64,000 nt of DNA, from contig NW_021832844.1 of NCBI RefSeq assembly GCF_006345805.1, positions 130,430-194,429 of the forward strand, in the 5' to 3' direction. Positions within the stretch are counted from its first letter, which is position 1; every line of letters begins with the position of its first letter. Below the pieces are notes generated by a model. That model saw only the letters and a list, made by a program, of their open reading frames with translations, made no database searches and had not been told where the DNA came from. A program made the position numbers and the translations under genes. The DNA comes from Octopus sinensis (taxonomy: Eukaryota). Positions 24,270 through 35,736 of this stretch are shown here, one piece after another.

Positions 24270-24895
24270 ATGATTCTGAATTTGAACGGCACTTGTGATG
24301 ATTCTTTTGTATTAACTTGGTCTTTATAAGAGAAAATAACTGCGGAATGAAATGATAAATTTATCTCCTGCCTGAAGTAAAATAGGCCTAAAGAATCTTA
24401 TATTAGCATACGAGAAAGACTTAACAAATTAAATATACCGTTCTACCTGACCTTGTATCCAAGGGACACGTGGTCTTCCACAAATGTGCTTAGGGCCAAA
24501 CTTTGCACACATTTCCTCCATCATATTGTTTTTAAACTCCTTTCCATTATCTTTTTGCAACATTAATGGAGCTCAAATGATCATAAAAATGTTTACAATA
24601 CTAGGTACTATTTCTGTGGCGCATTTGGTTCTAACAGGTTCTACAACCCCATATTTTGAAAAAGAGTCAATCAAAACGAGAATCTGGATAAATCGTAATA
24701 AATACCCATTTAAAGCTGCTATTTATTTCTGAATATCTTCTTAAATCGATCAAATCAGCAATGTATCTATCTCTTGGGCCTTTTGCAATAATAGGAGTGA
24801 TAACCGACCTAGTAGCTAGCAATTTTTTAAACTGAAATCGAATAAGTTAACTAAATACCTGACAATAAGCACATTTTTTTAATTATTTTGCTAGT
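24270..24895 (-). pseudogene. Ginger-like (Gypsy-integrase-related) DD35E integrase/transposase fragment split by micro-introns, copy 1
   Basis: CAYCQ [intron 24832-24858, 27 nt] FKKLLATRSVITPIIAKGPRDRYIADLIDLRRYSEINSSFKW [intron 24684-24705, 22 nt] ILVLIDSFSKY..*APLMLQKDNGKEF..GRPRVPWIQGQVER. D-x35-E spacing counted by hand; one nonsense codon. Confidence 0.82.
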
Positions 24896-24916
24896 CTATT
24901 ACCGAGTTGCATCATA

Positions 24917-25445
24917 CACCCCTCGACATTAAAATCCGGACAAATAATAAATCGTCATTTTTATTATCAATTTTATTAAATTAAAAACTTAAGCATGCTA
25001 ATATCATCTATATTTTTTAATTTTAAAATATTTATCCATAAATCTTTTGAAAATATTGAGAATAAAGCAAGAACCGATTTTTTAAGACAACAAATTCCGG
25101 ACAAATGTCAAAAAATAAAATATTAGTAAGGAATATGCTTTCCTCTCGATTTATATAACTCTAAACTACGAGTTTTCATCGAAGTTATTAATTTTTGAAT
25201 AAAATCAATTGGAATTTTATTCCTAATTTCTAATATTTTATCCTTTTGTTGATGTTTCTTTTTTGGTCGATTTTCTGTATCATCCCTCGATAATTCGTAT
25301 TTAATTTTTGACCAAATATGTTCAATGAGATTCATATCGGGGGATTGTGCCGGCCAATCGAGTAAATTAATTTTGTTTGCAGAAAAATACTCCTTTGTTG
25401 TTTGCGAAGTATGACATGGGGCATTGTCTTGCTAAAATATAAAGC
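24917..25445 (-). mobile_element. Tc1-like transposon remnant (3' end and one TIR)
   Basis: QDNAPCHTS..WPAQSPDMNLIEHIW. TA is followed by cacccctcgacattaaaatccggaca, with an inner repeat aaattccggaca at about 25093. Confidence 0.75.
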
Positions 25446-25699
25446 TGTTTTATCCCATTTTAATGGCTGATTTTTCCAGACATAAGTTACGCCGACGTGA
25501 CTCACATCTGGACTGTGACTTAACAATTAAGATTGGGTTATTGTCAGTGGTTAGGTCATTAAAGGAGAATTTATTTGAGATTTTCCGTTGGTTAATAATC
25601 AGACTTAAAATAAAATCACAAGGCTCATTATGAATGACATAACCCTCAATTTTATTTAACCCCATTCGCCCCTGAAATTGGGAGGAATGCGGCACGAAA

Positions 25700-26150
25700 A
25701 AACCGAAAGACCTCTTAGGGTCACACCATAAGTTAAAGAGTGAGTTAATTTTATAAGATTTTCTTATAGCGGTGAGATACTTGCAATCCAAAACGACGTG
25801 CGTTACTGTGTGTCGTCCGTCATGACAGATTGGACAGGACAGTTTCTATCATTCTTGAAAAACTTTATTCTCTGTTTGATCAGAGTGCCGATTGTCTCAG
25901 TCGAGTTAGCCTCCAAGTCATTAAGCGGAGTATCCACTCGAAGAGTAACTTCATTTCATATCTTCTTGTTTTGTCGAAAAGATCAACAATCTCGTCTGAG
26001 CCAAAATTAACACACTTCTTTTTGGACTGCTAGAGATGACCTCAAATGTTCTTAAAGTACGGCGTCTTACACACAGAAAGCGATATTTTTCAAAATAAGT
26101 CATGCAGTTCTAACTTCTGCGAGTCGAAAAGTATGCCCGTTAAGACCAAA
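25700..26150 (-). mobile_element. LINE (I/Jockey-group) C-terminal remnant with CCHC knuckle
   Basis: CPICHDGRHTVTHVVLDCKYLTAIRK translated on the minus strand. Confidence 0.55.
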
Positions 26151-26439
26151 CGGGCTATATGAATCCATGGCAGAGGAAAAATATGTCAGGTCCTCATTCG
26201 ATTTGAACTCTAATCAGTATCCACTGGAGGATAGTCGATACACACGTTCGTAATTTTGGTTGCTCATAAGGATAAATTATTTATGGTAATAACAAGAGCC
26301 AGTGGCATAGATTTTGTTAACATCAAATACACCACAATAGTATTTACAAATTAAACTCATTTAAGAAAATTTGAAAACCAAGATTTTAATCAATTTTTTT
26401 TAAATAACAATATCTAAAAGTAAAAAGATAGCTAAGCTA

Positions 26440-26578
26440 ATTAAAGGCCTCACGAGACACCCGGCCAGCCTCGCGAATGGCGAAGCCGTTCCCTCGGATC
26501 ACAGCAATCGACAGAACCTCTACAGGGCAAATGATAAGCCGACTTTGCCTATAATTTCAGCAGTGACCACAATCCTAT
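26440..26578 (-). mobile_element. Short CRE-clade 3' remnant
   Basis: EVLSIAVIRGNGFAIREAGR resembles ERISLAIVRSNSFSIASASR of the CRE at 3640-3700. Confidence 0.5.
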
Positions 26579-26580
26579 TA

Positions 26581-27386
26581 CAGTCTAACCTCTTTTTGGA
26601 GCACCTAGTGCCCCAAAAACAGGGGTTTCCCCAGATAAAGGGGTTTTCTAATATTAACGAAAAAAACTAACGTTTTGTTAATTTAAAACCAAAAGATGTT
26701 TATTCTTGATTTCATTTAACAATTTTAGTCTTTACTTGTCGGGAAATGATTCGTTATTTTCGCTCCGAATTTGTACTTTTGAATTAATCGATCCATTGTC
26801 AACTTCTTAAAATTATAAAATTCATTTAATATCTCTGGAGCATGCTGCAAAATGCCATCTTCCATTGCATTAATTGAAAAAATTAGTTCCTTGATAGATT
26901 GACATTTCATAACTCCGTCATATAATGCGTTGTCATTTTCTATACCAGAGATTTTTACTGATATAATTTCGACCTTGTCGAGAAATGAATGTTTATCACT
27001 ATTATCGGGTTCTCTGAAGCCCTCAGAACCTTCACATCCATCAAAATTACATATTTCTCGTTTGATTCTAGAAATAGTCCCTTTGCTTGTGTTGAATTTG
27101 TTTAAAACTTGTCTTTCAGACATATTTTTCGTTTTTAAAGCCTTTGCAATCTCTAATTTGTCTTTGACAGAAATTCTCTTCGGCATAACAACAGAAACAC
27201 GTTATTATTAGTTATTATAAAATAAAATTCAAAAATTATAACTAAAAAATACATAAAACATTAAATGCCCCATAACGGGGTTTATCTTATAAAGAATAAA
27301 CAGAAAAACTCCTAATAGAAATTCAAATTGCCCCAAAACCCGAGGGTGCCCCACGTCCGGGGTCGCCCCAATAAGGGGGTTCACTG
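26581..27386 (-). mobile_element. pogo-like internally deleted transposon, copy 1 (empty site for the 599-bp insert)
   Basis: TA-flanked degenerate TIRs (cagtctaacctctttttgg / ccaataagggggttcactg). ORF 26725..27186 begins with an HTH (ISVKDKLEIAKAL..KFNTSKGTISRI). Confidence 0.75.
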
Positions 27387-27399
27387 TATCTTAGACTTA

Positions 27400-29800
27400 A
27401 GAAGAACTGTCGCCCGAAGAAATGCTTAATCAACTACAAACACACGGACTTGACTCTTTACAAAAATCTAACTGATCAATACCTGCAGAATCTTTTTTCT
27501 GGACAATTACACTTATCTGGACAAAATAATTCCCCACGTCAACAGTTCTATCTTGGTGGCTCATTCTATGTCTGCTTCAAAACATCAAAAAAAATTCTCG
27601 AGAAAGGTTGGCAAGGCACGCCTAAAAAAAGAAAGGATTCAACTCAAAAAGTTTACCAAACCAACTTTAAAGGTCATGCTTAAATTGAAGGTTTTAAACG
27701 AGGAAATAAGAAACAAGGAGCTTTATGCACAGAGAAAGAAATAGTCCCGAGTGCTTTCCTCCATGAACAGAAAAAGTTCGACAGCATTAATTTATAAGGC
27801 CATCCGGGAAACGACTTGCGCTAAGGATAAAAGATCGGAAGATGACCACAAGAAAAAAATCTCAACAATTTTATGAATTTTTACGTAAAAATTTCACACA
27901 AAGACCACAAAAATTCGGTCCCCCAATCAATTTTCGAAAAAAAATTTTATCCCGAAGATCCCATCAAAAATCTCATCCAATCTTAAACTATGGATATCAA
28001 ACTTTCTCGGTGGTTGGAGAGGCCGTGTTTGCATTGGTTAATCGAGTTCAAGATCACGCCTCCTCCCAAACGGGGTTCCGCAAGATTCCCCGCTCTCATC
28101 CATCCTGTTTAATCTTTTTACTGGTGAAATGCCTCTGCCAGTTAACGAAAATGATATTTTGTCACCGTCCAGATAGGTCGGGGCGCCAGATCGGTTATGT
28201 ATAAAATTTTTAATAAAAACTACCTTTCGAAAGTTATTTTCTTTTTCTGTTCATTCTTTTGTTGATTTTAGTATTATTTTTGCCAAAATATTGAAGTTAC
28301 TGAGTTCATAAAAAACCAACATCCAGCCATTTCCAGATAATTACCGTATTGATTTTGCATTTTATTTAAAAACGCTTTAACCAAGGTTAGCCAAACAATT
28401 CTCAACAATAAAGTTTATTAGAAAAATCCATTTTTAATTTTTAAAAATGTTGTAAATTTCTATTTTTATTATTAAAACTCTAAAATACAATCCGGCCTAC
28501 GGCCGGATGATTCAATGTGAATATTTTTCCCTATGCGGCCTTCGGCCGCGTCGAATTTGTAACAATGGCACAATTATTTCACAATTAAGTAAATATGACA
28601 CGAGAAAAAACACAGAACGAACCCCATGAATATTTGCAGTTAAAGTTTTTTTACTCTGCTAATATGATTCCTTTGATCTTTTTCATCCTTTTCATTAATT
28701 ATCGTTACGAGTTCTCGATCCCTATTTTTCACAATATATTTTTGTGCAGATATCTCGTCGTATAATGGGTATTTTCTATAACCCGGGTTTGCATCCCCAT
28801 CATGGCGTATTAAAATTTCATCGCCACTTTCAACTTCGTCATTGCTATTTTCTCCACGCATGTTTTATAGCATCCAAAATTTCCATTTGATGCACTCGTG
28901 GAGCCTAATTTAAATAAACAAATACACTACTTCAATAAATTTTAACTTAAGTTCAGTGTCTTCAATACAAAAAAAACGCAACTTTGGGCCATTTTTAGAA
29001 ATGTAGGTGTTGTTCTCCTTGAAACTAAATTTTTTGGCATATCTCCGTATTCGTGCCCTTTCTTCCGAACTCAAGGAATCATCAAGGTGGCCTGATTCCA
29101 AATACTCCCTAATTTTTTCGAGGGTGTCTCGAGTTAATTCAACTAAAACCATTGATTAATGCTAATCTTTTCAACTTTTTAGAACTTTTTTATTAATAAG
29201 ATTTTATTTTTTTATTATCAATATTTTTTTGCAATGAAATGTTTTGTAGGAAAAATATTTGTTTTGTATTTAGATAATTGACCTGACCGATCTGGCGCCC
29301 CGGCCGGTCTGGACGGTGACATATTTTGATTTTCTATGCTGACAACATCGCCATTGCCATTTTGGGTGTTTCGTCAAGGCTACAACAAGCTTAAATATAT
29401 TACACAATAGTATCACTGCTAACCGCTTATCAACTTGCCTAAAAAACTCAGCGACCTCTTCACTTTAGACAGAATAAGTCAGTGGTTCTTACCCTGGACA
29501 ACAACAAAATTACGTTTGGCCGGACTCTGAAAATCCTAGGAGTTACTTTCGATGGCATGTGCTTTTCTCCACACTTGGAGAACTCCTTAACAAAATCCCA
29601 AAGAAAAACCAACGTATTAAAGTGTCTCTCTTGACTTTGGAAGTTTGAAAAGCACCCAGTACTTGGATATCTATACAACCAATACATCGTGCCTTGTTTA
29701 TCGTATGCATGTACGTTATGGGGGCAACTCCATTTCCTGGTCCAATAACAGGAAGATTGAGGTGAGCCTGAAAAAAAGCTCTAGCACTACGGAGCGTTGA
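27400..29800 (+). mobile_element. Degenerate Jockey/I-like LINE (linker and RT) interrupted by a Ginger-like element, copy 1
   Basis: WISNFL..GVPQDSPLSSILFNLF before the insertion and IFYADNI..LKILGVTFD..FSPHLEN..HPVLGYLYNQYIVPCLSYAC after it; homologous to 35160-35450. Confidence 0.78.
28160..29321 (-). mobile_element. Ginger-like deletion derivative (1162 bp), copy 1
   Basis: 36-bp TIRs TGTCACCGTCCAGA...CGGGGCGCCAGATCGGT (3 mismatches) and a 5-bp TSD TATTT (28155-28159 / 29322-29326). Residual ORFs 28910..29152 and 28640..28861 resemble integrase N- and C-flanks; the DDE core is absent. Confidence 0.85.
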
Positions 29801-30629
29801 ACAAAAGCCAAGCTTTCAACTTCTACAGGCATGGAAGCCCTCTTGCTCTCCTGCACGGGTACTCGTGAGGAGTCAGGATCACGAAATGTTACTTTTCCTG
29901 TCTTTCATGTTTCTAATGAGAAATTGTTATGCTCTTCAATCCAATCAGTTTTCATATTATCACACAAAAAATAATAAGATTTCAAAGTTAAGTTCACAAA
30001 AGAATTTTCTCTCTTAAAATCAATTGACTTCCGAACCTATTCAAGGGCCTCAAGCATGATTTTGTTAAGAGCAAATGGCGAGGTATATAACCTGCGGACA
30101 TGAAGCCCGTATGTATCTATCGTTGATCCACACTAGCAGGAATGAGAGTTACAAATTAATAGTCCGAGTCAAAGGCATATTTAAATATAACCAGTAAACG
30201 TCAATTGACTGACACTCGATTTTTTGACAAGATCAAAATAATAAACGTCAATTGACTAATATAATATTATTTTTCTGACCGCAAAAACAATCCAAAAATG
30301 AACTATCAATTTTGTTCTGACGCCAGAAAATTAGTTAGACAATGTGTAGTATAATGTTCATCCAACTTGGAAAGATCACCAAAGTAGTAAAAGACACCTG
30401 TTATGACACTATTCCTAAGTACAGTTGATTTTTACAATAAGAAACAATATCAAATTTAATTTTAAATGTATTCGTAGTGAGAAATGTATTTATTTTGAGA
30501 AAAATAAACTGTTATAGGTTTATTTAATTAAAAAAATATATTTCTAGACATTAATTATTTAGGTAAAATCTGATTTAGTATTACTTAAATTATGTTAATA
30601 ACATATAATAAATTAGCGCTTTAGTTCTT

Positions 30630-30935
30630 ATGGATTTGAGGTTGTTGGTCACATAATTTTCTTAATATAGAGAAACTGACAAAACTTCTGTTCCAGAAGA
30701 AAATCTCCCACCTAACCATGCTTCTATAATCCAAAGAAAACTAAGGAGACAGAACATATATTTCGACTCAGGAGACTACAACATGGCCAAGGCACAACTT
30801 AAACCTGGAGTCGATAAAGATGCAGCTTTAAAAAATGCCACAGGCTCTCAGCACCCCACTCCTGCAGATATTCCACGTAAGCTGTCTGACACTTGTATAA
30901 TGGATCCCAATGTTTCAAAAGATAAACACAACTAA
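30630..30935 (+). CDS. ENSA: Alpha-endosulfine/ARPP-19 family protein (91 aa), two exons, copy 1; not in the ORF track
   Basis: Exon 30630-30640, 30-nt intron 30641-30670, exon 30671-30935, giving MDLRETDK..IQRKLRRQNIYFDSGDYNMAKAQ..QHPTPADIPRKLS..*. The FDSGDY motif and the HPTP-D-P-RK tail are diagnostic. Confidence 0.92.
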
Positions 30936-30962
30936 TGATTTTTGTTCTCTAAAATTTCTTTT

Positions 30963-31568
30963 TTATATTCGACAAGTGATAGGGCAAATAAATTTTGCCA
31001 ATAAATCTAATGACATGTATTTTGTAGGTTTTCTGCAGCGACGTGAAAGGTCTTGACTCTTAGGTCTTAACACAGTGGTCATCCCATCGGGTCTTCTTCC
31101 GTCCTCTACGAAAATCCCTGCAGGTTCCAATTGTGTGTGGAATCCAGCAGTTCGAAGAGATCGACAGATGATCTGGTTCAGTTCGGAATGCCGTGAGGAA
31201 CGTCCAATTCCGTTTCGACATGAGAGGGAGTGATATCCAAACTCGTCAGTCCACACGCCGCACCGGCATTGGTGTTTTTCATAGACGCGTAGACCGAGGC
31301 GCAGACAAACTCCAATTCTTAAGGCTTCATCATTAAGAAGCCAGCCAGTTGTATTACAAGGGTAACAGTTTAGCCATGCGCCGCTTAGGGGCTGGCTGCC
31401 CGCTTGTAAACAAGCCAACCTTCTCTGGTCCATGGTTTTCTTTAGCCATGAAAACGTATTGGCGTGGACTTTCGACGTCCACTCCGATTGGCAGGTCACA
31501 TCAGATGGCAAATGGCAATCCCAGCTTTTCCCATACGACGACGCAATCATCCACAGCAAATGATTTCC
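30963..31568 (-). mobile_element. CRE-clade fragment (5'-truncated, internally deleted 3' part), copy 1
   Basis: DQRRLACL..SGAWLN..HQCRCG..HSLSC..RHSELN..RRPDG. Confidence 0.85.
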
Positions 31569-31581
31569 TCTGTTCGTTTAT

Positions 31582-33952
31582 TATTATTATTATTTGCAAC
31601 ATACGTAGAATCATATTAGTTATAATTTTACTCGTGCAGCATTAAAAACAATCCTTTGAACCAGCCTCCTCCAACCTCCTCTGTCGTGAGCGAGTTTCCT
31701 CAGCTCGTCCAGATCCTCACCACTCCTTAGCCTTTTTTTCACACATTTCAGGTCTCCGTCAAGTGTTTCCGGCAGCGTAACACGTGGACGTCCACGGAAG
31801 CTCGATCCCTCTTTCAGGAAGTAGCCCTCCATTGCTATGTTAGCTGGGGCAAGCATGTCCATTCGTAGAATATGGCCAAATAACCTCCACCGCATATTGA
31901 CGATTTCCACACTCAGAGGGCCAGTTCTGCATCTATTGTATAGCGATTCCTGGTTGATTCTTATAGGCCAGTTCAATCCCAGTAGGGATCTAAGTTGCCT
32001 GCGGTGAAAAGAATCGAGTCCACGTTGTTCAGTACTAGACATTCCCCAGGTCGCCGAATTATATGTCAGGATTGGTTTGACAAAGGCTTCATACATCCTC
32101 AGACGAAGTGACGTACAGAGTCGTCGTTTGCCGATCCACTCTTTCTTTATCTTGTTCATCGTGGCCCAAGCGAGAGCCTTTCTTCTGACAATATCATGGC
32201 CGTCCCCAAGTAGAGAACCGAGTTTGTTCGTTTTGCGCCAGGCTTCACTTGAGCTGCTCTCCATCCTCATGATTTCAACGATGTCGGTTTTTCCAACGTT
32301 CATTTTAAGGAACCATCTGTTCAGCTCAGCAGGTGCCACTTCAAGGAGTCGAAGTAAGGCCGATTTGTCGTCTGACACGAAGTCGACGTCATCTGCATAT
32401 ACAATTTCGACGATATTGCCAGCATAGAATTTTCGAAGGTCTCGTAGTGCCGTCTCCAGATAGATCACGAATAGCAACGGCGAGAGGGCGTCTCCCTGAG
32501 GGGTACCGACGTTGCACGTGAATTCACGGGAAAACGCCGTGCCGACCCGCACCTTGAGCTTTGTGTTCGATAGTAGTACTCTTATCATATTGACAGAGTC
32601 AGGGTCCAGGAATTGTTCCAGTTTTGAGGAGTAGACCACGGCGTACCGTGTCAAAGGCCCTAGACAGGTCTATTCCCAGGACTGTTGTTGCACTTTTGTA
32701 TCTCTGGGTGATAGCGCAGTACCACTTGTGGGCCCAGACAGCATCGGCGGTGGATCTTCCTGTCCTAAATCCACTATGACTCGGGGATAGATAGTGTCCA
32801 CTTGTTCTCTTATTCGGTTCAGTGTAACTAATCCAAAAGTTTCCGTAAGGTGTTTAGCAAGATTATAGGGCGTAGATTTTCGACAGGCCCAGCCTGCTTG
32901 TTAGGCTTTTGGATCGGTATTAATAATCCGGAATCAAGACCGAGGAATTCCTTTTTCATAAACATACCATTGAGTAGCTCCGCCAGTTTGTCTGTTAGTG
33001 CAGGCGGTCCGTATTTAAACAGTTCTGAATTTATTCCATCCGGTCCAGAGGAGCGGCCATTTTTAAGTTTGGCTATTGCAGTTGATACTTCACCGGTGGT
33101 GATAGGTAGGCTGAGATGAGTGGTGTATCCGCTGGTGTAATCGGATATTTCTCCGTGAGCGGTTAATATACTCTCGAAATACGAGGCTATATATTCAGCC
33201 TGCTCTTTGGGATTTGTGATGAATCTTCCATTGCTGTCATGGATTTTGAGTTTGTTAGTTTGTTTTTTCCTGTTGAGTAGGCGGATTGCCGTAAACATTT
33301 TTGAAGAGTCCTTTAGCTGTTCAATTCCTGCAGCTATTAAGTCGAGTTTGTTAGTGAAGTTTGTCTTGTTCAACATTTTGATTTTTTTCTGGGTAGATGA
33401 ACGTCTATTCTGTAAGATTTGTTTCTTCTTCGGATCAGATGTGTTTTCCAGTTGTAGTCTTAGCTCCTTTTGTTCTTTGATGAGGGCAGGGAGATCAGAG
33501 TGTATACCTTTGTTGCATAGTACTTGCGACCGAAGGCCAATTGCCTCGTCGGCTGCCAAGAGATCCCTTTCATTGTCTCCGCCCAGGCACCTCCTGGAGA
33601 AAGTTCGGCATTTATGTTTCCAAGAGATTTCATGATTGACAGTTGGTAGTTGTCTCTGACCAGCGTAGATGAGCACAGTTGTTCGATTTTATGCCTTATC
33701 CTTACATCAGCGTTGGGCCCCCTTCGTCGTAGGTCAATTGATGTCTTCATAGCAAACTTGGCAGAGACAATTTTATGATCACTGTAAGTAGCTGCACCTC
33801 CATAAGACCTTGAGTCTCGGAGAAGCGATTTTTCCCCGGCTCGACAGACGATGTAGTCAATTTGGTTGAAAATGTTGACGGACCCTGCGGTCGGTGAGGG
33901 TCGTTGGCCAGTCCACGTCGTTTTGTGACGCGCGGGATGCTGGAAACCGGTG
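31582..33952 (-). mobile_element. RTE-like LINE, 5'-truncated, (AAT)n tail, 13-bp TSD
   Basis: APE end NQIDYIVC..SDHKIV; GPDGI, RPIILLN, GTPQGDALSPLLF, YADD; tail ttattattattatt at about 31580-31594; TSD tctgttcgtttat at 31569-31581 and 33953-33965. Confidence 0.88.
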
Positions 33953-34499
33953 TCTGTTCGTTTATATTTATTAATAATTTATTCTAATTGAATCGTTTGA
34001 GCTTGTTTTAATAAAACACTACAAATAACGAAAACTGAAACTGAACAACTATCAATTATCTGTTAGTATTTAAATAAATGATAAACTACAAAACTAACTG
34101 AAGCAATGACGTGGGTCACCTTTACGTGGTATTGTTTGAAAGGCGTTCTTACAGCAATTAAAAGACCTTCAACAATCTCTAAATAATCCGAGATGACCGC
34201 TCTCAAATCAACCAATGTCGCAACTGGAAAATATAGTCATATTGAACGACCCACACTTACACACAAGGTGTGCTCTGAGACCTAACGACACTAATACATC
34301 TGCTCCCCATTAATCTCCTCTCGTGTAAATTGGTCAGTGATTTATGATCTTCCATCAGGCCATTTCAATTATTCTTCTATCATCTCGGAACATTTTCCGA
34401 AAAAATATCATCAGTTGCAAACAGAAAAATTGATCCGCCTATCGTCAAGATACCGAAGCTGCCTTCAAAGATTTCTTTGTAGGAGGCCATAACTCACTG

Positions 34500-35735
34500 G
34501 ACTCCGCTATCCAATTCACTGGACTCCGCTATCCAACATCGACACTATTAGCGGTTGATAAGAGATATGTGACAAAAAGATTCCACAAAAATAAAAGACC
34601 ATTTTTCAACAGAGAAATAGTGGAACTCGTACAAAAAAGACGCTTAATAAAAAAGGAGCAATCGCACAAACGTGTATGAATTGTCAGTCCTCAGCGAGAA
34701 AATCAATCAGATGATCGCAAAGCTTGAGAGAAAAAAATGGTCAGAATTTATCTCCTTTCTCGACCACAGAACTAAGCTCTCGCATTTCTGAAGAGTTCTG
34801 AAAGCTATCTATACATCACAATCAGCGTGTTCCTGGCACATACGGGAGTTCTTTTGAAAGCATCCGAAGAGGATGGTTGTTGGGGACCTGAATGCCAAGC
34901 ACATAGAGCTTGGGTTTAGGGTAACCAACGTGCATGGTTTGTTCCTGAAGACCTCGGGCTGGAAGTACGATCTTCAAGTGAGCCACATCGAATCGACTCG
35001 CGAGGCGGATGAGACTGGCTAGGAATTGCTCTGGTCAGTCCTGGAATGGAAAATTGGGTTAGTAAAACAATTTTACCGCCCGATATCGGAAGCGACCATC
35101 TGCCTCTATTGCACGAAATCCGCGAACCAGTACCTCAAAGGGTTCCGGGGTACTTTGACCTTCACCTCGGATAAAAGATTGGGAAGGACGTCAGTCGACT
35201 TAAAGCTGAACAATATATCCGTTCCCTTCTGCGGGAGTCAGACGGTCCTAGGGGTAACCCTCGACATGCACCTCTGTTTCTCCCCTCATGTGGACAACCT
35301 CCTTCGCAAATGCGAACATAAACTGAACATTCTGCGAACTCTATCTGGTATTTGGAAAAACGGGTCGCACCCGGTACTGGCGAATATCTACCGCCAGTAC
35401 TTCGAACCCTGTGTTGCGTACGCTTGCGGATCATGGGGTCCCGGATATCGTGGTACAACAGGAGGCGAATCGAGGAGGCCCAACAAAGGGCCCTCAGATT
35501 AACCGATCGTTGGTCACTTGATAGCCAACGCCCCGGTCCAGCCTCTCTGGAAGACCTCATCAAGCTGAAGCTGGGCCCATCAGCGACTGCTCCGCCAAAA
35601 ACGGCCTGCCGCCCTGTGCGATCTTGTGTGGGCTCGTGGAAAATGAGGTCTCTGGTTGAGTACATCGGGATCACGTGACATTTGTTCGGTTTTTAGCGTG
35701 GTCTTGGTGTTTTAATAAATAAATAAAATAAATAA
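34500..35735 (+). mobile_element. Rearranged Jockey/I-like LINE fragments
   Basis: Linker (RKKWSEFISFLDH), APE pieces (VGDLNAKH, SDHLPL) and RT C-terminus (LGVTLD..FSPHVDN..ANIYRQYFEP), ending in an (AAAT)n-like tail at about 35713-35735. Confidence 0.7.
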
Positions 35736-35736
35736 G

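Noticed and set aside
24484-24732. 82-aa plus-strand ORF as a small membrane protein
   Set aside because: It is the antisense shadow of the intron-split integrase on the minus strand.
26450-26530. GC-rich island with a ggc-GAA-gcc hairpin, possible structured ncRNA
   Set aside because: It translates on the minus strand as a CRE C-terminus (LSIAVIRGNGFAI), and no tRNA or rRNA features are present.
27450-28204. Lys-rich ORFs (27553..27744, 27842..28204) as host genes
   Set aside because: They are better explained as the linker and RT remnants of the Jockey/I-like LINE (GVPQ motif in another frame; similar to 34.6-34.8 kb).
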